DNA of 64,000 nucleotides from Escherichia phage heid: sequence record MN850577.1; one strand, 5' to 3'. Shown piece by piece: positions 55,075 to 64,000 of this stretch (position 1 is its first letter; each line of letters starts with the position of its first letter). The notes under the pieces were generated by a model. It saw only the letters and a program-made list of their open reading frames with translations, ran no database searches and was not told where the DNA came from. The position numbers and the translations under genes were made by a program.

Positions 55075-55932
55075 TTAGTCTTCTGTATCGAAGTCTTCAT
55101 CTTCTTCGTCATCTGGGTCTGGTAAATCTTCATCATCACCATCATCAGAAGCATTCGAAGGTTTATGGTCTGTTGCGTCTTCTTCAGTGATTTCACCGTT
55201 ATCTTCAACACCATCAAGACCAAGCATAGCCAGTTCATCTTCATCCAGTTCAGGCTCACCATTAGCACCGTTACCACCAGTGTAAGGTACAAGAGTGTCA
55301 ATGATAAACTGTTCCTGAATAGGTTTTGTCAGAACATTGTTCTCAAAAGTGTAGAAGTGAGTAGAAAGAATCACACTACCAAAAGAACCGTTGCCAACTG
55401 CAATATCTGGATGAATTACATCATAGTTCTTGTCATCTTCATGTTTATCAGATGCTTGAGCTTTGATTTTCTTCATCGGCTGCTTAACAGCTACACGCTT
55501 ACCATTTACTTCTTCAATCAGCATTACAGGGAATGACTGTTTAGCTGTCCATACAGCACCATCTTTATAAGCTGCTGCACGACTTACTTTCAAGATGTAG
55601 TAAGTGTCTGCTTCAAAAGGTGGTTTACAACCAAACTTCTCTTCGAAGTCATCTGCATCAACTGCTTCAGTAGTAACTTTATCCCAGCCTTCTGGATTTT
55701 TCTTAGACTTAGTAAACTCTTTAAACAGTTTGTTACCGTCTTCTGCCAGAATTGATACGCTGTAGTTACAATCTTTTCCTGGGAATTTCTTATCAATAGA
55801 CTTACCTTTTCCCGGACGTGGTGAAGTGTTCAGGTAATAAAACCAGACATCTTTCAGCAGGTAACGCAGAGTTTGACGTTCAGTACCGTTGTACTTCTCT
55901 ACCGGAGCTTTCATTTTAACAACTTTAGACAT
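55075..55932 (-). CDS. single-stranded DNA-binding protein, T7 gp2.5-like, acidic C-terminal tail
   Basis: 285 aa; C-terminal about 60 aa strongly acidic (...DDGDDEDLPDPDDEEDEDFDTED) as in gp2.5-type SSBs; sits inside the T7-like replication module. Confidence 0.5.
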   Translation of the reverse strand: MSKVVKMKAPVEKYNGTERQTLRYLLKDVWFYYLNTSPRPGKGKSIDKKFPGKDCNYSVSILAEDGNKLFKEFTKSKKNPEGWDKVTTEAVDADDFEEKFGCKPPFEADTYYILKVSRAAAYKDGAVWTAKQSFPVMLIEEVNGKRVAVKQPMKKIKAQASDKHEDDKNYDVIHPDIAVGNGSFGSVILSTHFYTFENNVLTKPIQEQFIIDTLVPYTGGNGANGEPELDEDELAMLGLDGVEDNGEITEEDATDHKPSNASDDGDDEDLPDPDDEEDEDFDTED

Positions 55933-56150
55933 TATTTAAACCTCTATCTCAATTTATGAAGAGTACCAATTCTAATTTGTTGATACTCTATTGTCAAATA
56001 CTAATTACTGGAAGTTGTGCTTATCTTTAGAAGCTGCTTTACGTGCAGTTTTTCCAGTTCTTACACGTTTCTCTTCATAGTATTTTGCTGGTTTTCCAGC
56101 AGTGGCTTTTAAGGAATCCCCAAAAACTTTTTCAAATGCTTTAGAGTGTT

Positions 56151-56444
56151 TCATGATATTCTCCGATATACTTGATATTCAAACACATTTTCTTTAATTA
56201 TAAACAGCCAGCTAATATTATGCTGAGGTAGCGCAATGATGACTGTAATCATGCTTTGGTGGAAATCTTCTTTTATCTCAACTTCCCCATCGCATTTCAT
56301 AAGGAGCATTCTATAGAACCTATCAATCTTTGTCAAACACTCTTCCTGAAATTTATTTAAACTTTTTTCTTCAAAGAAGGGTGTGAACCCCTCTCTTTTA
56401 TAACTATCACTCAGTTTCGAATGGGCAGTCATCTGCATCCTCAC
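56151..56444 (-). CDS. hypothetical protein
   Basis: 97 aa ORF downstream of the primase-helicase gene. Confidence 0.4.
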   Translation of the reverse strand: MRMQMTAHSKLSDSYKREGFTPFFEEKSLNKFQEECLTKIDRFYRMLLMKCDGEVEIKEDFHQSMITVIIALPQHNISWLFIIKENVFEYQVYRRIS

Positions 56445-58398
56445 TTAATACAGGTGGAATCGTTGAGCTTTGACGATGCTCTTCAGTATAAACTTCACCA
56501 GTCTCACGGTCAAACACTTCATCCTCATAATGTGGTAAAGAGTCATCGTAATGGTCTTCAGCTTCACCAATACCAAACTGTTGGCGAATATTTTCTGCTG
56601 CACCATCAATGTCAACTCCGCAACCAGATGCTTTGATGAGGCGTCCTGTATCTGGATTGTACCAAGTATGACCAGCAATACCCGTTGACTTACCGTGACG
56701 GCGACATTTAGTTAGCTTGATTTTTGTCAAGTTTTTCTTAACAGGGTCTGGGTCAACCTTGTTACGCATTAACAGAATGTTGTTCATAGAAATCTGGAAA
56801 TACGCACCAGAGCCTTTAATATCCTCTTCAGAGATATCCCCACCTTCAGAGTTAGCCTTCTGACCACCTGCACTCTTACGAACGTGACAGACGTTTACCT
56901 GTGCATACTGGTAGCGTTTGCAACGACGCAATAGTTCAGACAATACTTCCTCTTCATCCGTATCAGAACGTGACAGAGCCAACGTAATAGGGTCAAGAAT
57001 AATAATCTTACAGTCTAAACTATTAACAAGATAGTCAACAAACTCCAGCAGGTTATCTTGGTCAATTGCCCCTTGATGGTCAACGATATGGATACGACGA
57101 CCTTTAGATAGTTCTGCGTGTGCTTCCTTTAATTCATCCCAATCACGTTCGTCATAAGGAATCTCGGAAATCTGCTTGCTCAGGTGGATTGCACAGAGCA
57201 TCTCCATCAACTCTTCATAGGTATCTTCTACAGGAATTACACCGATATTATAATCAGTTTCTTTCCAAGCTGAGTAAATCATCTCACGAGTGTAAGCTGA
57301 CTTACCTACTGAAGATGGTGCTGCAATAGTTGTAATCTCACCTAGACCATAACCACCATAAGTCAGCCTGTTCAAATCTCCGAAAGATTCTGGGAAAGGA
57401 ATCAATGGAATCTGACCACGATTCTTCATTGCCTCAAAACCATCTGCAAAGTTCTTGATACCAGCAGGACAGTAACGAGGTGCATTGTAGATACGCTGCT
57501 TAAATCCTTCCAGAACTGTATCTTTCTCTTTATAGAACTTTGTCCACCACTCGTTAAGGTCTTTTACGCCTTCTGGATACTGGAATAAGCGAACCTTCTC
57601 AATAGGTAGGATACCAGCAGCCTCTTTGGTAGCTTTAGCACCTGCTTCATCGTTATCAAAGCACAAGTAAATCTCATCAAATGATGTGATGTACTGATAG
57701 TTGTCTTTGATAGACTTAATGTTTGCACCTGATGGAACAGATACGTGACAGTAATTCTTACGACGAGACTTGTCCTTAATCGCAAGAGAAGTCATATAGA
57801 TTGCTGTCGCACATTCCATCTCACCTTCCCAGATGAATAGACGGTTACCACCTTCTGGAGCAATCCATGAACCGAACATTGCTAGTTCACCTTTAATGTC
57901 TCCAACACCACCAGAAAAGTCTTTTAGCTTACCACGTAGGTGCTCTTTTGGATGGTCTTCTGGGTAACGGTGACGAACACGGTAGCCAACATGTTCTAGC
58001 TTACCATCTTCATTACGTTTGTAAGTTGGATAGAAGTGCGCATCAATTTCACCGTCACTGTCAATGTCAACCTTGATACCTAAGCGTTCAAGGACTTTTG
58101 CAGGAATCTTCCTATCCTTTAAGTCCATTGCTTCAAGGTTTTCTTTTACATCGTCTAAATCCATTCCACGGAAAGTACGGTTTTTATTGTCTGAACCAGT
58201 AGAATAAGTGCTCACGATTTGTCCTTTATCAAAATCCCACTCTGGGAAACCTTTGTTACAACTAAAGCAAGTCATTGAATAAGAATCATCGTCATGATGA
58301 TAGATTGAACCAGCATCTGATGAACCACAACGTGGACATGCGCAATGACCAACAAACTGACCAGCCTCTTTCAATTTACGACCTTTAGACATTAGCAC
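56407..58398 (-). CDS. bifunctional DNA primase-helicase, T7 gp4-like
   Basis: 663 aa; N-terminal zinc ribbon (CPRCGSSD...CFSCNKG), central TOPRIM-like acidic cluster, C-terminal DnaB-family helicase with Walker A (APSSVGKSAYT). Confidence 0.7.
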   Translation of the reverse strand: MLMSKGRKLKEAGQFVGHCACPRCGSSDAGSIYHHDDDSYSMTCFSCNKGFPEWDFDKGQIVSTYSTGSDNKNRTFRGMDLDDVKENLEAMDLKDRKIPAKVLERLGIKVDIDSDGEIDAHFYPTYKRNEDGKLEHVGYRVRHRYPEDHPKEHLRGKLKDFSGGVGDIKGELAMFGSWIAPEGGNRLFIWEGEMECATAIYMTSLAIKDKSRRKNYCHVSVPSGANIKSIKDNYQYITSFDEIYLCFDNDEAGAKATKEAAGILPIEKVRLFQYPEGVKDLNEWWTKFYKEKDTVLEGFKQRIYNAPRYCPAGIKNFADGFEAMKNRGQIPLIPFPESFGDLNRLTYGGYGLGEITTIAAPSSVGKSAYTREMIYSAWKETDYNIGVIPVEDTYEELMEMLCAIHLSKQISEIPYDERDWDELKEAHAELSKGRRIHIVDHQGAIDQDNLLEFVDYLVNSLDCKIIILDPITLALSRSDTDEEEVLSELLRRCKRYQYAQVNVCHVRKSAGGQKANSEGGDISEEDIKGSGAYFQISMNNILLMRNKVDPDPVKKNLTKIKLTKCRRHGKSTGIAGHTWYNPDTGRLIKASGCGVDIDGAAENIRQQFGIGEAEDHYDDSLPHYEDEVFDRETGEVYTEEHRQSSTIPPVLSEDADDCPFETE

Positions 58399-58585
58399 CT
58401 CTTCGTTGTAGTTCTGCCTTCAATCCATTTTCAATCTTGTCCAGTTCATGAATTTCATCTGCAATCTCTTTCCTTCGTGATTCAACTCTCTTAAGACGTT
58501 CAATCATTACCTCATTGGAAAGAGATGAGAGTTCCACTAAACGGTGGTCAATAACTTTAAAATTGTCTTTTACTCTCATCTTCAT
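58385..58585 (-). CDS. small coiled-coil protein
   Basis: 66 aa ORF, overlap-coupled to the primase-helicase gene. Confidence 0.35.
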   Translation of the reverse strand: MKMRVKDNFKVIDHRLVELSSLSNEVMIERLKRVESRRKEIADEIHELDKIENGLKAELQRRGANV

Positions 58586-58593
58586 TCTCTCTT

Positions 58594-59337
58594 TTAAACT
58601 TTAATGATGGCTCTTAGCTTGTTCTCAAGGTCTGCAAGAGTACCATTATTATGAATAATGTCACGCTCATATTTTGTAGAAATCCCATTTTCTGAAACAT
58701 GTGATGAAACTTTGTCCACATTGTCTCTTTTTACTTCAATAGTTTGGTGTGCAAATCTACTCAGCCATTCAGCTTCAGAGTCAAATCTTAAATCACTGAT
58801 TAAGACAAAACCATATTGGTTTCTAAGTGAGCACATTTCATGGAATCTAACCATTCTTTTTTCAAGGTCTTTAGACCAGAACTTGTCGCCCATTACTTTA
58901 CGGACAACTTCAGTACCCCAAATCTGTTGAATTTGTCTTGATGAGAATTTATACTTTTTACTAAACCCCAGACGTGTCAATAGAGTCGGTTTAGCAACCT
59001 TCTTAAGCTCCATGATTAATCGTCCGGTTAACTCTGACATAAGCTTGAAGTCCATATGGTAACGTTCATCTCTGAAGGTGAACTCCATAGCTTCCGTAAC
59101 TTTAAACATCAGTTCAGAGTATGATAAGTCAAAAACCTGTGGAGTCTCTTTAGTTTCACCGCACAGGTCATTCCAAGTCAAGTCAAATATCTTTGATGCA
59201 GATAGTTTAAGGTTGTCTGCAAAGGCCATTACAGCAACATTGTAGCCATACTCATCCTCTAAGATGTTCTTCACAATAGAACATGAGGTGTCTTTTCCAG
59301 AACGTGCCTTTCCAGTAAATGCGATAATATTACTCAT
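58594..59337 (-). CDS. deoxynucleoside monophosphate kinase (P-loop)
   Basis: 247 aa; N-terminal P-loop FTGKARSGKDT, typical of phage dNMP kinases; in nucleotide-metabolism/replication context. Confidence 0.55.
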   Translation of the reverse strand: MSNIIAFTGKARSGKDTSCSIVKNILEDEYGYNVAVMAFADNLKLSASKIFDLTWNDLCGETKETPQVFDLSYSELMFKVTEAMEFTFRDERYHMDFKLMSELTGRLIMELKKVAKPTLLTRLGFSKKYKFSSRQIQQIWGTEVVRKVMGDKFWSKDLEKRMVRFHEMCSLRNQYGFVLISDLRFDSEAEWLSRFAHQTIEVKRDNVDKVSSHVSENGISTKYERDIIHNNGTLADLENKLRAIIKV

Positions 59338-59398
59338 TTTATCTCCCTTAATTACTAAAAAGCCCCCAACTAAGGAGGCTTGTAAGATTTATAAAGAC

Positions 59399-60199
59399 TT
59401 AGTGCAGTTGCTCAGCAGACTCTTTTTCAGCCATAGCTGAGATTTGCTTCACAAAATCATCACCGAAGTTAATGCGTAGTTTTTCTTCAATGATTGAAGC
59501 ACCAATGTTCACCAAAACATCATTGATGGCTTGCATACTAACGCCACCAGTCATCTCCTCAATGAACTCAATACTTACACCCATCATCTGTGAAAGTTGG
59601 ATTAGTGCAACGATATTCATCATCGTAGAGATAGCTGGAATCATCAGTGCAACTTTCACCTGAAGTGGTTCTATATCAGCTACAGAGTCATTTTCAACAG
59701 CTTCTTCCAAAGAATCTTTGGTTTGCTGGATAATTTCTTGGATTCGTGGGTTTAGTTCTTCTACCCCCCAATCAAGTTTTTCATATCGTGAAAGCTTCTC
59801 TTCCATTCGCTTCTCAAGAGCAGCCATAACAGCACTTGTTGATGAAATTATCATGGAAATTAACTCATTATTACCTAATAACAGTAATAAGTCCTTTTCT
59901 TCAGAGTTAAGGGAGATATAGTCATTTTTCTGCATCTCCTTAAAAATGAACTCTGCAAGAGCATCAACACCTACGACTATAGATGCTAAAGCAAGTGTAG
60001 TGTCTGTCAACATCATGTTAACCTGTTCTGCAAAAGCACCGTTATCAGACTTGTCTTCAGGCAAGTTATAGCTTGCAGGCATAAACTGTTCTGTGTAGTT
60101 GTTACCGCGAAGAATCATAGCCATGCTTTCTACGGCATTGATTAAAAATGCTTCGTCAATACCTTTTTCTTCAAGCATCTTTTCTACATCGATATTCAT
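59399..60199 (-). CDS. hypothetical protein
   Basis: 266 aa ORF, second gene of the minus-strand early operon. Confidence 0.45.
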   Translation of the reverse strand: MNIDVEKMLEEKGIDEAFLINAVESMAMILRGNNYTEQFMPASYNLPEDKSDNGAFAEQVNMMLTDTTLALASIVVGVDALAEFIFKEMQKNDYISLNSEEKDLLLLLGNNELISMIISSTSAVMAALEKRMEEKLSRYEKLDWGVEELNPRIQEIIQQTKDSLEEAVENDSVADIEPLQVKVALMIPAISTMMNIVALIQLSQMMGVSIEFIEEMTGGVSMQAINDVLVNIGASIIEEKLRINFGDDFVKQISAMAEKESAEQLH

Positions 60200-60200
60200 A

Positions 60201-60623
60201 TTATTTCTCTCTCAGTTGGTTAAGTTTCTTTCTAGAACATTTTAAGTTTTCGGATGAAGAAAAGTCAAGTGTCTTTTCAGAACGTGGATAATAGTGCCTA
60301 TCCCAAGAAGTTTCAACATCGTTAATCAGTGATGCTAGATTACACAGGTCTGTACCACTTTGCAACCTCTTTTTAAGAGAATCTAGTAAAGCAACTGTGT
60401 CTTTAGCTTTACGTCTTGCTGTAGCAACATCTTTCATATGCTCAAATACAGAGCATTTTAAGTCATCTTCATAGTTTTCAGACAACTCTATTTCATGTTG
60501 TATATCAACCATTCTCCTGTGATGGTGAGCATATTCCCGTTGAGCAGCAATGTCAAGTTCTTCCAACTTCTGCAAAGCTCTAACAAAGTCAGCTATGTCT
60601 GGGTGAACAAACATTTTCTGCAT
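60201..60623 (-). CDS. hypothetical protein
   Basis: 140 aa ORF, first gene after the divergent promoter region. Confidence 0.45.
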   Translation of the reverse strand: MQKMFVHPDIADFVRALQKLEELDIAAQREYAHHHRRMVDIQHEIELSENYEDDLKCSVFEHMKDVATARRKAKDTVALLDSLKKRLQSGTDLCNLASLINDVETSWDRHYYPRSEKTLDFSSSENLKCSRKKLNQLREK

Positions 60624-60880
60624 GTAAGCCTCTTTTAAGTAACTATTAAGTTTTAATCTTTTATCTTAACGTATTCTATACGTTATACTTTAAAGCTTTT
60701 TAAAAGCTATTAAATAATCTTTTAAGAGTTTTAAAGTATCTGTATAGTTAAACTGTTAAGTAACCTTTTAAGTAAAAACCCACTTCGCAAAGATTAACAC
60801 CTTGTCAAGTACATTGTCAACTTGCTTTTTATAATTTTTTGCAGTAATGTATGAGGTTAATGATTTTAGAGGGAGTAAAA
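60624..60880. promoter_or_regulatory. AT-rich divergent promoter region between the minus-strand early operon and the DNA polymerase gene
   Basis: ORF-free; contains CCTTGTCAAGTACATTGTCAAC (the recurrent CTTGTCAAG palindrome) and RBS GAGGGAG 6 nt before the polymerase ATG. Confidence 0.5.
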
Positions 60881-63580
60881 ATGGAAAACGTAGATTTTAA
60901 AAACTTACATTTGGTTGGTGATACAGAAACTGATGGTTTACTCCTTGAGTTCACTAAAGTTCACGTAATGGCCTTTGCAGACTATAAATCTGACGATGAA
61001 GAGCCACCTGTATGGGTCTTTACAGATGAGCCTATCCTCGGTCACAAGTACACTAAGTACATCAAGGGCGGCTTACGTGAAGGTGTTGAATTTGCGTTAA
61101 AGGCAAAACGTCTTTGCATCCATAATGGTCTCGGCTATGACTGGTGGGTTTTCAATCACATTGCGCCTGATTTATGGAACTTTGATAATCCAAAATGTAA
61201 GCCGTGGAGTAATTTCTTTCAGGATTCTCTTATCCAGTCTCGTGTTCAGTGGATGGATAGGCCAACCCCAAAGGGTTATAAAGGTGCTCATGGTTTGGCT
61301 GCATGGGGTGCTCGTGTTGGTGTCCGTAAACCAGAGATTGAACATTGGGGTGTGTGGAATGCAGAAATCTTCACTCGTGTTGTAGAAGATATCCGTATTA
61401 ACGCCAAAACTAAACGGGCACTTGATAATGAGTATCTCAAGCTTAAGAAGTGTGGCATAGATACTTATGAAACCTATATGCGAGCTAAAGAAACATCTTT
61501 CTGGATGAGTCAACAAGCTATCAATGGTTGGAAAGCTGATAAGGAGCTTATGGAGTTCCATGTAAAGGAACTTGACAAGTTGACTAATGAGCTTGCTTCA
61601 GAGGTTGAACCACATCTACCTCCAACTATTAAGACCAAAGGTAAAGTCACTGGAGAAGAGTTTGCAAAAGCTTGGAATGAGTATGTTGAAGCATTTGGTC
61701 ATGCAGATGGACTGAAAAGAATTACCAAGTACCCTAAGACAAAGTATCGTCAGCAGGTACGTAATGGTGAGATGCAGACTTATGAAATCAAACCATTTGG
61801 TAAGCCAACTACAAAGATTTTTAACATTGAAAAAAGGAATTGCTATACACCAACCAACTCTGTAACTGGTGAAGAGTACAAGGAGGGTTTTGTAGCAATG
61901 AAGGATGCTCGTGAAATTTGCAATGAGTTGAATGCAAAGATTGGTAAGAAATGCAAAGACTGGAAGCCAGTAAAAACAGTCAAAACTGTGAAGTACTATA
62001 ACAGTCACGTTGTTAACCACTTTGAACTTGAGTCAAGTCGCTACACAGGTTTGATTGATGCACCGTATACACCAATTGAGTTTGAAGTTTCTCGTATGAC
62101 TCAGGTAGCAGTTGTTAAAGACTACTTGAAATCAGTTGGTTGGATTCCAGATGACTGGAACTACAAGAAAGACTCAGATGGTCGCCCTGTCAAAGTTTGT
62201 CGTTTCAAAGACAATAAAAAGATGATTACAAAACATCCTAAGTGGCAGGAAATGGTTGAGCGGTGTGGTTTGAGCTATGTTGAGCACGAAGGTGTACAGT
62301 ATATTGAGCATAACTGGTCTGTGAAGAAGTACACAGATTTGCTTGAGCCTTGCTTAATCCGTACTTCACCAAAACTTACTGAATCATCTTATGATACGAT
62401 TGAAGGTGAGCTTGGACAGAAGATTGCGAAATACTACACTTTGATGCACAGACGCAGAACTATTGAGAACTCAAAGGATGATGAAAAAGGTTGGTTGAAC
62501 CAGATTCGTCCTGATGGTCGCCTTAGTGCTGGTGCAATGGTGTTTGGTACTTCAACTGGACGTATGACACAATATGGTATTGTAAACGTACCGTCTGGTG
62601 CTGCTGTCTATGGGGAACCAATGAGGGCAGTGTGGATTTGTGAGGAAGGGACTAACGTTGTCTCTGTAGACATGAACTCAGCCCAGCTAGTTCTTCTTTG
62701 TAACTTTATGGGTGACAAAGACTTCACCAAAGCGGTAACGCAAGGTAAAGAAGAGATTGAGTTCATTCGTCAAGAAGATGGACGCTATTACTGCAAACAT
62801 TTTGATGAGTATCTCAACCCAGAAATTGATAAGTACCTTCGCTATGACTCTGAGAATGACCTGTACGTTGTCTATTCAGGGACTGATGCACATACACTGA
62901 ACAGTATTTACTTTAGCTTGAATGATGAGCAGGATATCTTGACTTGTCGAGCTACTCAGGATGAGAATCTTCTTCATGAGATTAGCAAAGGTCGTAAGAA
63001 AGCTAAGAATGGTATCTATGCACTGCTGTTCGGTGCAGGTGATGAGAAGTTTGCTAAGACGATTAAAGCTGCAACTACTCAGGAAGGAGCACTGACTAAA
63101 CAGACTTACTTTATTCGTTTGCCTAAAATTAAGAAGCTGCTAGATGACTTGGAAGCTGACTACAAAGCAACTAAAAAGGCACTTGAAGAGGTGTTTGGTA
63201 AGACTGCTGCAATCTCTAAAGGGGGTTTTGTAAAGGTTGCTGGAGCTTGGTTGTGGTGTAAATCTCCACATAAGTTATTGAATTATTTGCTCATGGGTTC
63301 GGAAAGTCAGATTCAGAACGAGGCAATTAACCTTGCTTGCCGTCGTATGATTGACGAAGGTTTGATGAAGTTGAACGGTCGCAAACCAGCTATAGGTGCT
63401 CGTTTATTGTGCTCCTATCACGATGAGACGAGTTGGGAATGCCCAGAAAGTATGACGGCAGAGGTGAAGGCTGTCACTGATTGGTATTATGGACAAGCCT
63501 CTAAGAACTTAGGGCTTAAGAGTGAAACACTAGTAACTGGTACTGGTAAGGTTGGTAAAAGCTGGTATGAGGTACATTGA
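60881..63580 (+). CDS. DNA polymerase, family A, T7 gp5-like
   Basis: Start set to the ATG at 60881 (MENVDFK..., RBS GAGGGAG); N-terminal 3'-5' exonuclease Exo I motif (VGDTETDGL); HNGLGYDWWVF and AHGLAAWGARVG parallel T7 gp5; polymerase motif C (SYHDE). Confidence 0.7.
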   Translation: MENVDFKNLHLVGDTETDGLLLEFTKVHVMAFADYKSDDEEPPVWVFTDEPILGHKYTKYIKGGLREGVEFALKAKRLCIHNGLGYDWWVFNHIAPDLWNFDNPKCKPWSNFFQDSLIQSRVQWMDRPTPKGYKGAHGLAAWGARVGVRKPEIEHWGVWNAEIFTRVVEDIRINAKTKRALDNEYLKLKKCGIDTYETYMRAKETSFWMSQQAINGWKADKELMEFHVKELDKLTNELASEVEPHLPPTIKTKGKVTGEEFAKAWNEYVEAFGHADGLKRITKYPKTKYRQQVRNGEMQTYEIKPFGKPTTKIFNIEKRNCYTPTNSVTGEEYKEGFVAMKDAREICNELNAKIGKKCKDWKPVKTVKTVKYYNSHVVNHFELESSRYTGLIDAPYTPIEFEVSRMTQVAVVKDYLKSVGWIPDDWNYKKDSDGRPVKVCRFKDNKKMITKHPKWQEMVERCGLSYVEHEGVQYIEHNWSVKKYTDLLEPCLIRTSPKLTESSYDTIEGELGQKIAKYYTLMHRRRTIENSKDDEKGWLNQIRPDGRLSAGAMVFGTSTGRMTQYGIVNVPSGAAVYGEPMRAVWICEEGTNVVSVDMNSAQLVLLCNFMGDKDFTKAVTQGKEEIEFIRQEDGRYYCKHFDEYLNPEIDKYLRYDSENDLYVVYSGTDAHTLNSIYFSLNDEQDILTCRATQDENLLHEISKGRKKAKNGIYALLFGAGDEKFAKTIKAATTQEGALTKQTYFIRLPKIKKLLDDLEADYKATKKALEEVFGKTAAISKGGFVKVAGAWLWCKSPHKLLNYLLMGSESQIQNEAINLACRRMIDEGLMKLNGRKPAIGARLLCSYHDETSWECPESMTAEVKAVTDWYYGQASKNLGLKSETLVTGTGKVGKSWYEVH

Positions 63581-64000
63581 TGAGAGATTGTGGATTCACA
63601 CATGAACAGTTAAAGTCTTGGTTAGATTATGACCCCGAAACAGGGGTCTTAACATGGATTGGCAGACCTCCACATAGTAGTAGGGTGGTTATTGGAAGCC
63701 AAGCTGGAGCAATTAAGCGCACAAGGTCTGGTGTGTATATGCACACACAGATTTTAGGATACAGGACAGGCAATCACCGAATTGCTTGGTTCTGGATGAC
63801 AGGTAAGTGGCCTGATAAACACATTGACCACAAAGATGGAGATGGTTTGAATAACGCTTGGGACAATCTAAGGGAGGCCACAAAAGAACAGAACATGTCT
63901 AACAGGAGACAACCTAGAACATCAAAAAACTTAAAAGGTACAAGTAGAAGCAAGTCTGGTAAGTGGATAGCCCAGATTAACCATAATGGTAAGACTATAC
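63580..64000 (+). CDS. HNH-AP2 homing endonuclease, N-terminal part (runs off window end)
   Basis: MRDCGFTHEQLKSWLDYDPETGVLTWIGRP...IDHKDGDGLNNAWDNLREAT; same N-terminal YDPETGV(F/L)TWI motif as the 53488..54012 ORF; start overlaps the polymerase stop (TGATG). Confidence 0.55.
   Translation, partial: MRDCGFTHEQLKSWLDYDPETGVLTWIGRPPHSSRVVIGSQAGAIKRTRSGVYMHTQILGYRTGNHRIAWFWMTGKWPDKHIDHKDGDGLNNAWDNLREATKEQNMSNRRQPRTSKNLKGTSRSKSGKWIAQINHNGKTI

Noticed and set aside
1-64000. Lysogeny module (integrase, repressor, att site)
   Set aside because: No tyrosine- or serine-recombinase-like ORF or CI-like repressor was recognised; gene content matches a virulent phage

Overview
This window reads as part of a virulent tailed-phage genome with three blocks. 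(1) Minus-strand head morphogenesis module, 1-8230: large terminase, portal, S49-type prohead protease fused to a scaffold-like tail, decoration protein, major capsid protein. (2) A minus-strand cluster of about 27 tRNA genes, 8450-13720, with an inserted HNH endonuclease gene, a membrane-protein gene and several ORF-free structured spacers, followed by a vWA/MIDAS protein gene. (3) A plus-strand block, 16150-23200, with an Ig-like-repeat protein and a T4-lysozyme-like endolysin, then a 1.65 kb ORF-free repeat-dense region, then a long minus-strand early region, 24880-60620. The early region contains 13 small genes separated by two families of conserved 70-90 bp hairpin-containing intergenic elements, a TARG1-like macro-domain protein, a spanin-like pair, rIIA/rIIB-like genes, a NAMPT-family plus PRPP-synthetase-family pair (NARP1-like NAD+ reconstitution), aerobic and anaerobic ribonucleotide reductases with glutaredoxin, several homing-endonuclease-like genes, and a T7-like replisome (gp6-like exonuclease, gp2.5-like SSB, gp4-like primase-helicase, dNMP kinase, family-A DNA polymerase on the plus strand). 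No integrase, repressor or CRISPR array was seen. All calls come from reading the sequence and ORF translations by eye; no database search or structure prediction was run, so coordinates of RNA genes and start codons are approximate. The most interesting candidates are the small-gene array with its repeated intergenic elements, the repeat-dense non-coding region, the NARP1-like pair with a nearby macro-domain protein, and three short tRNAs carrying leucine anticodons.
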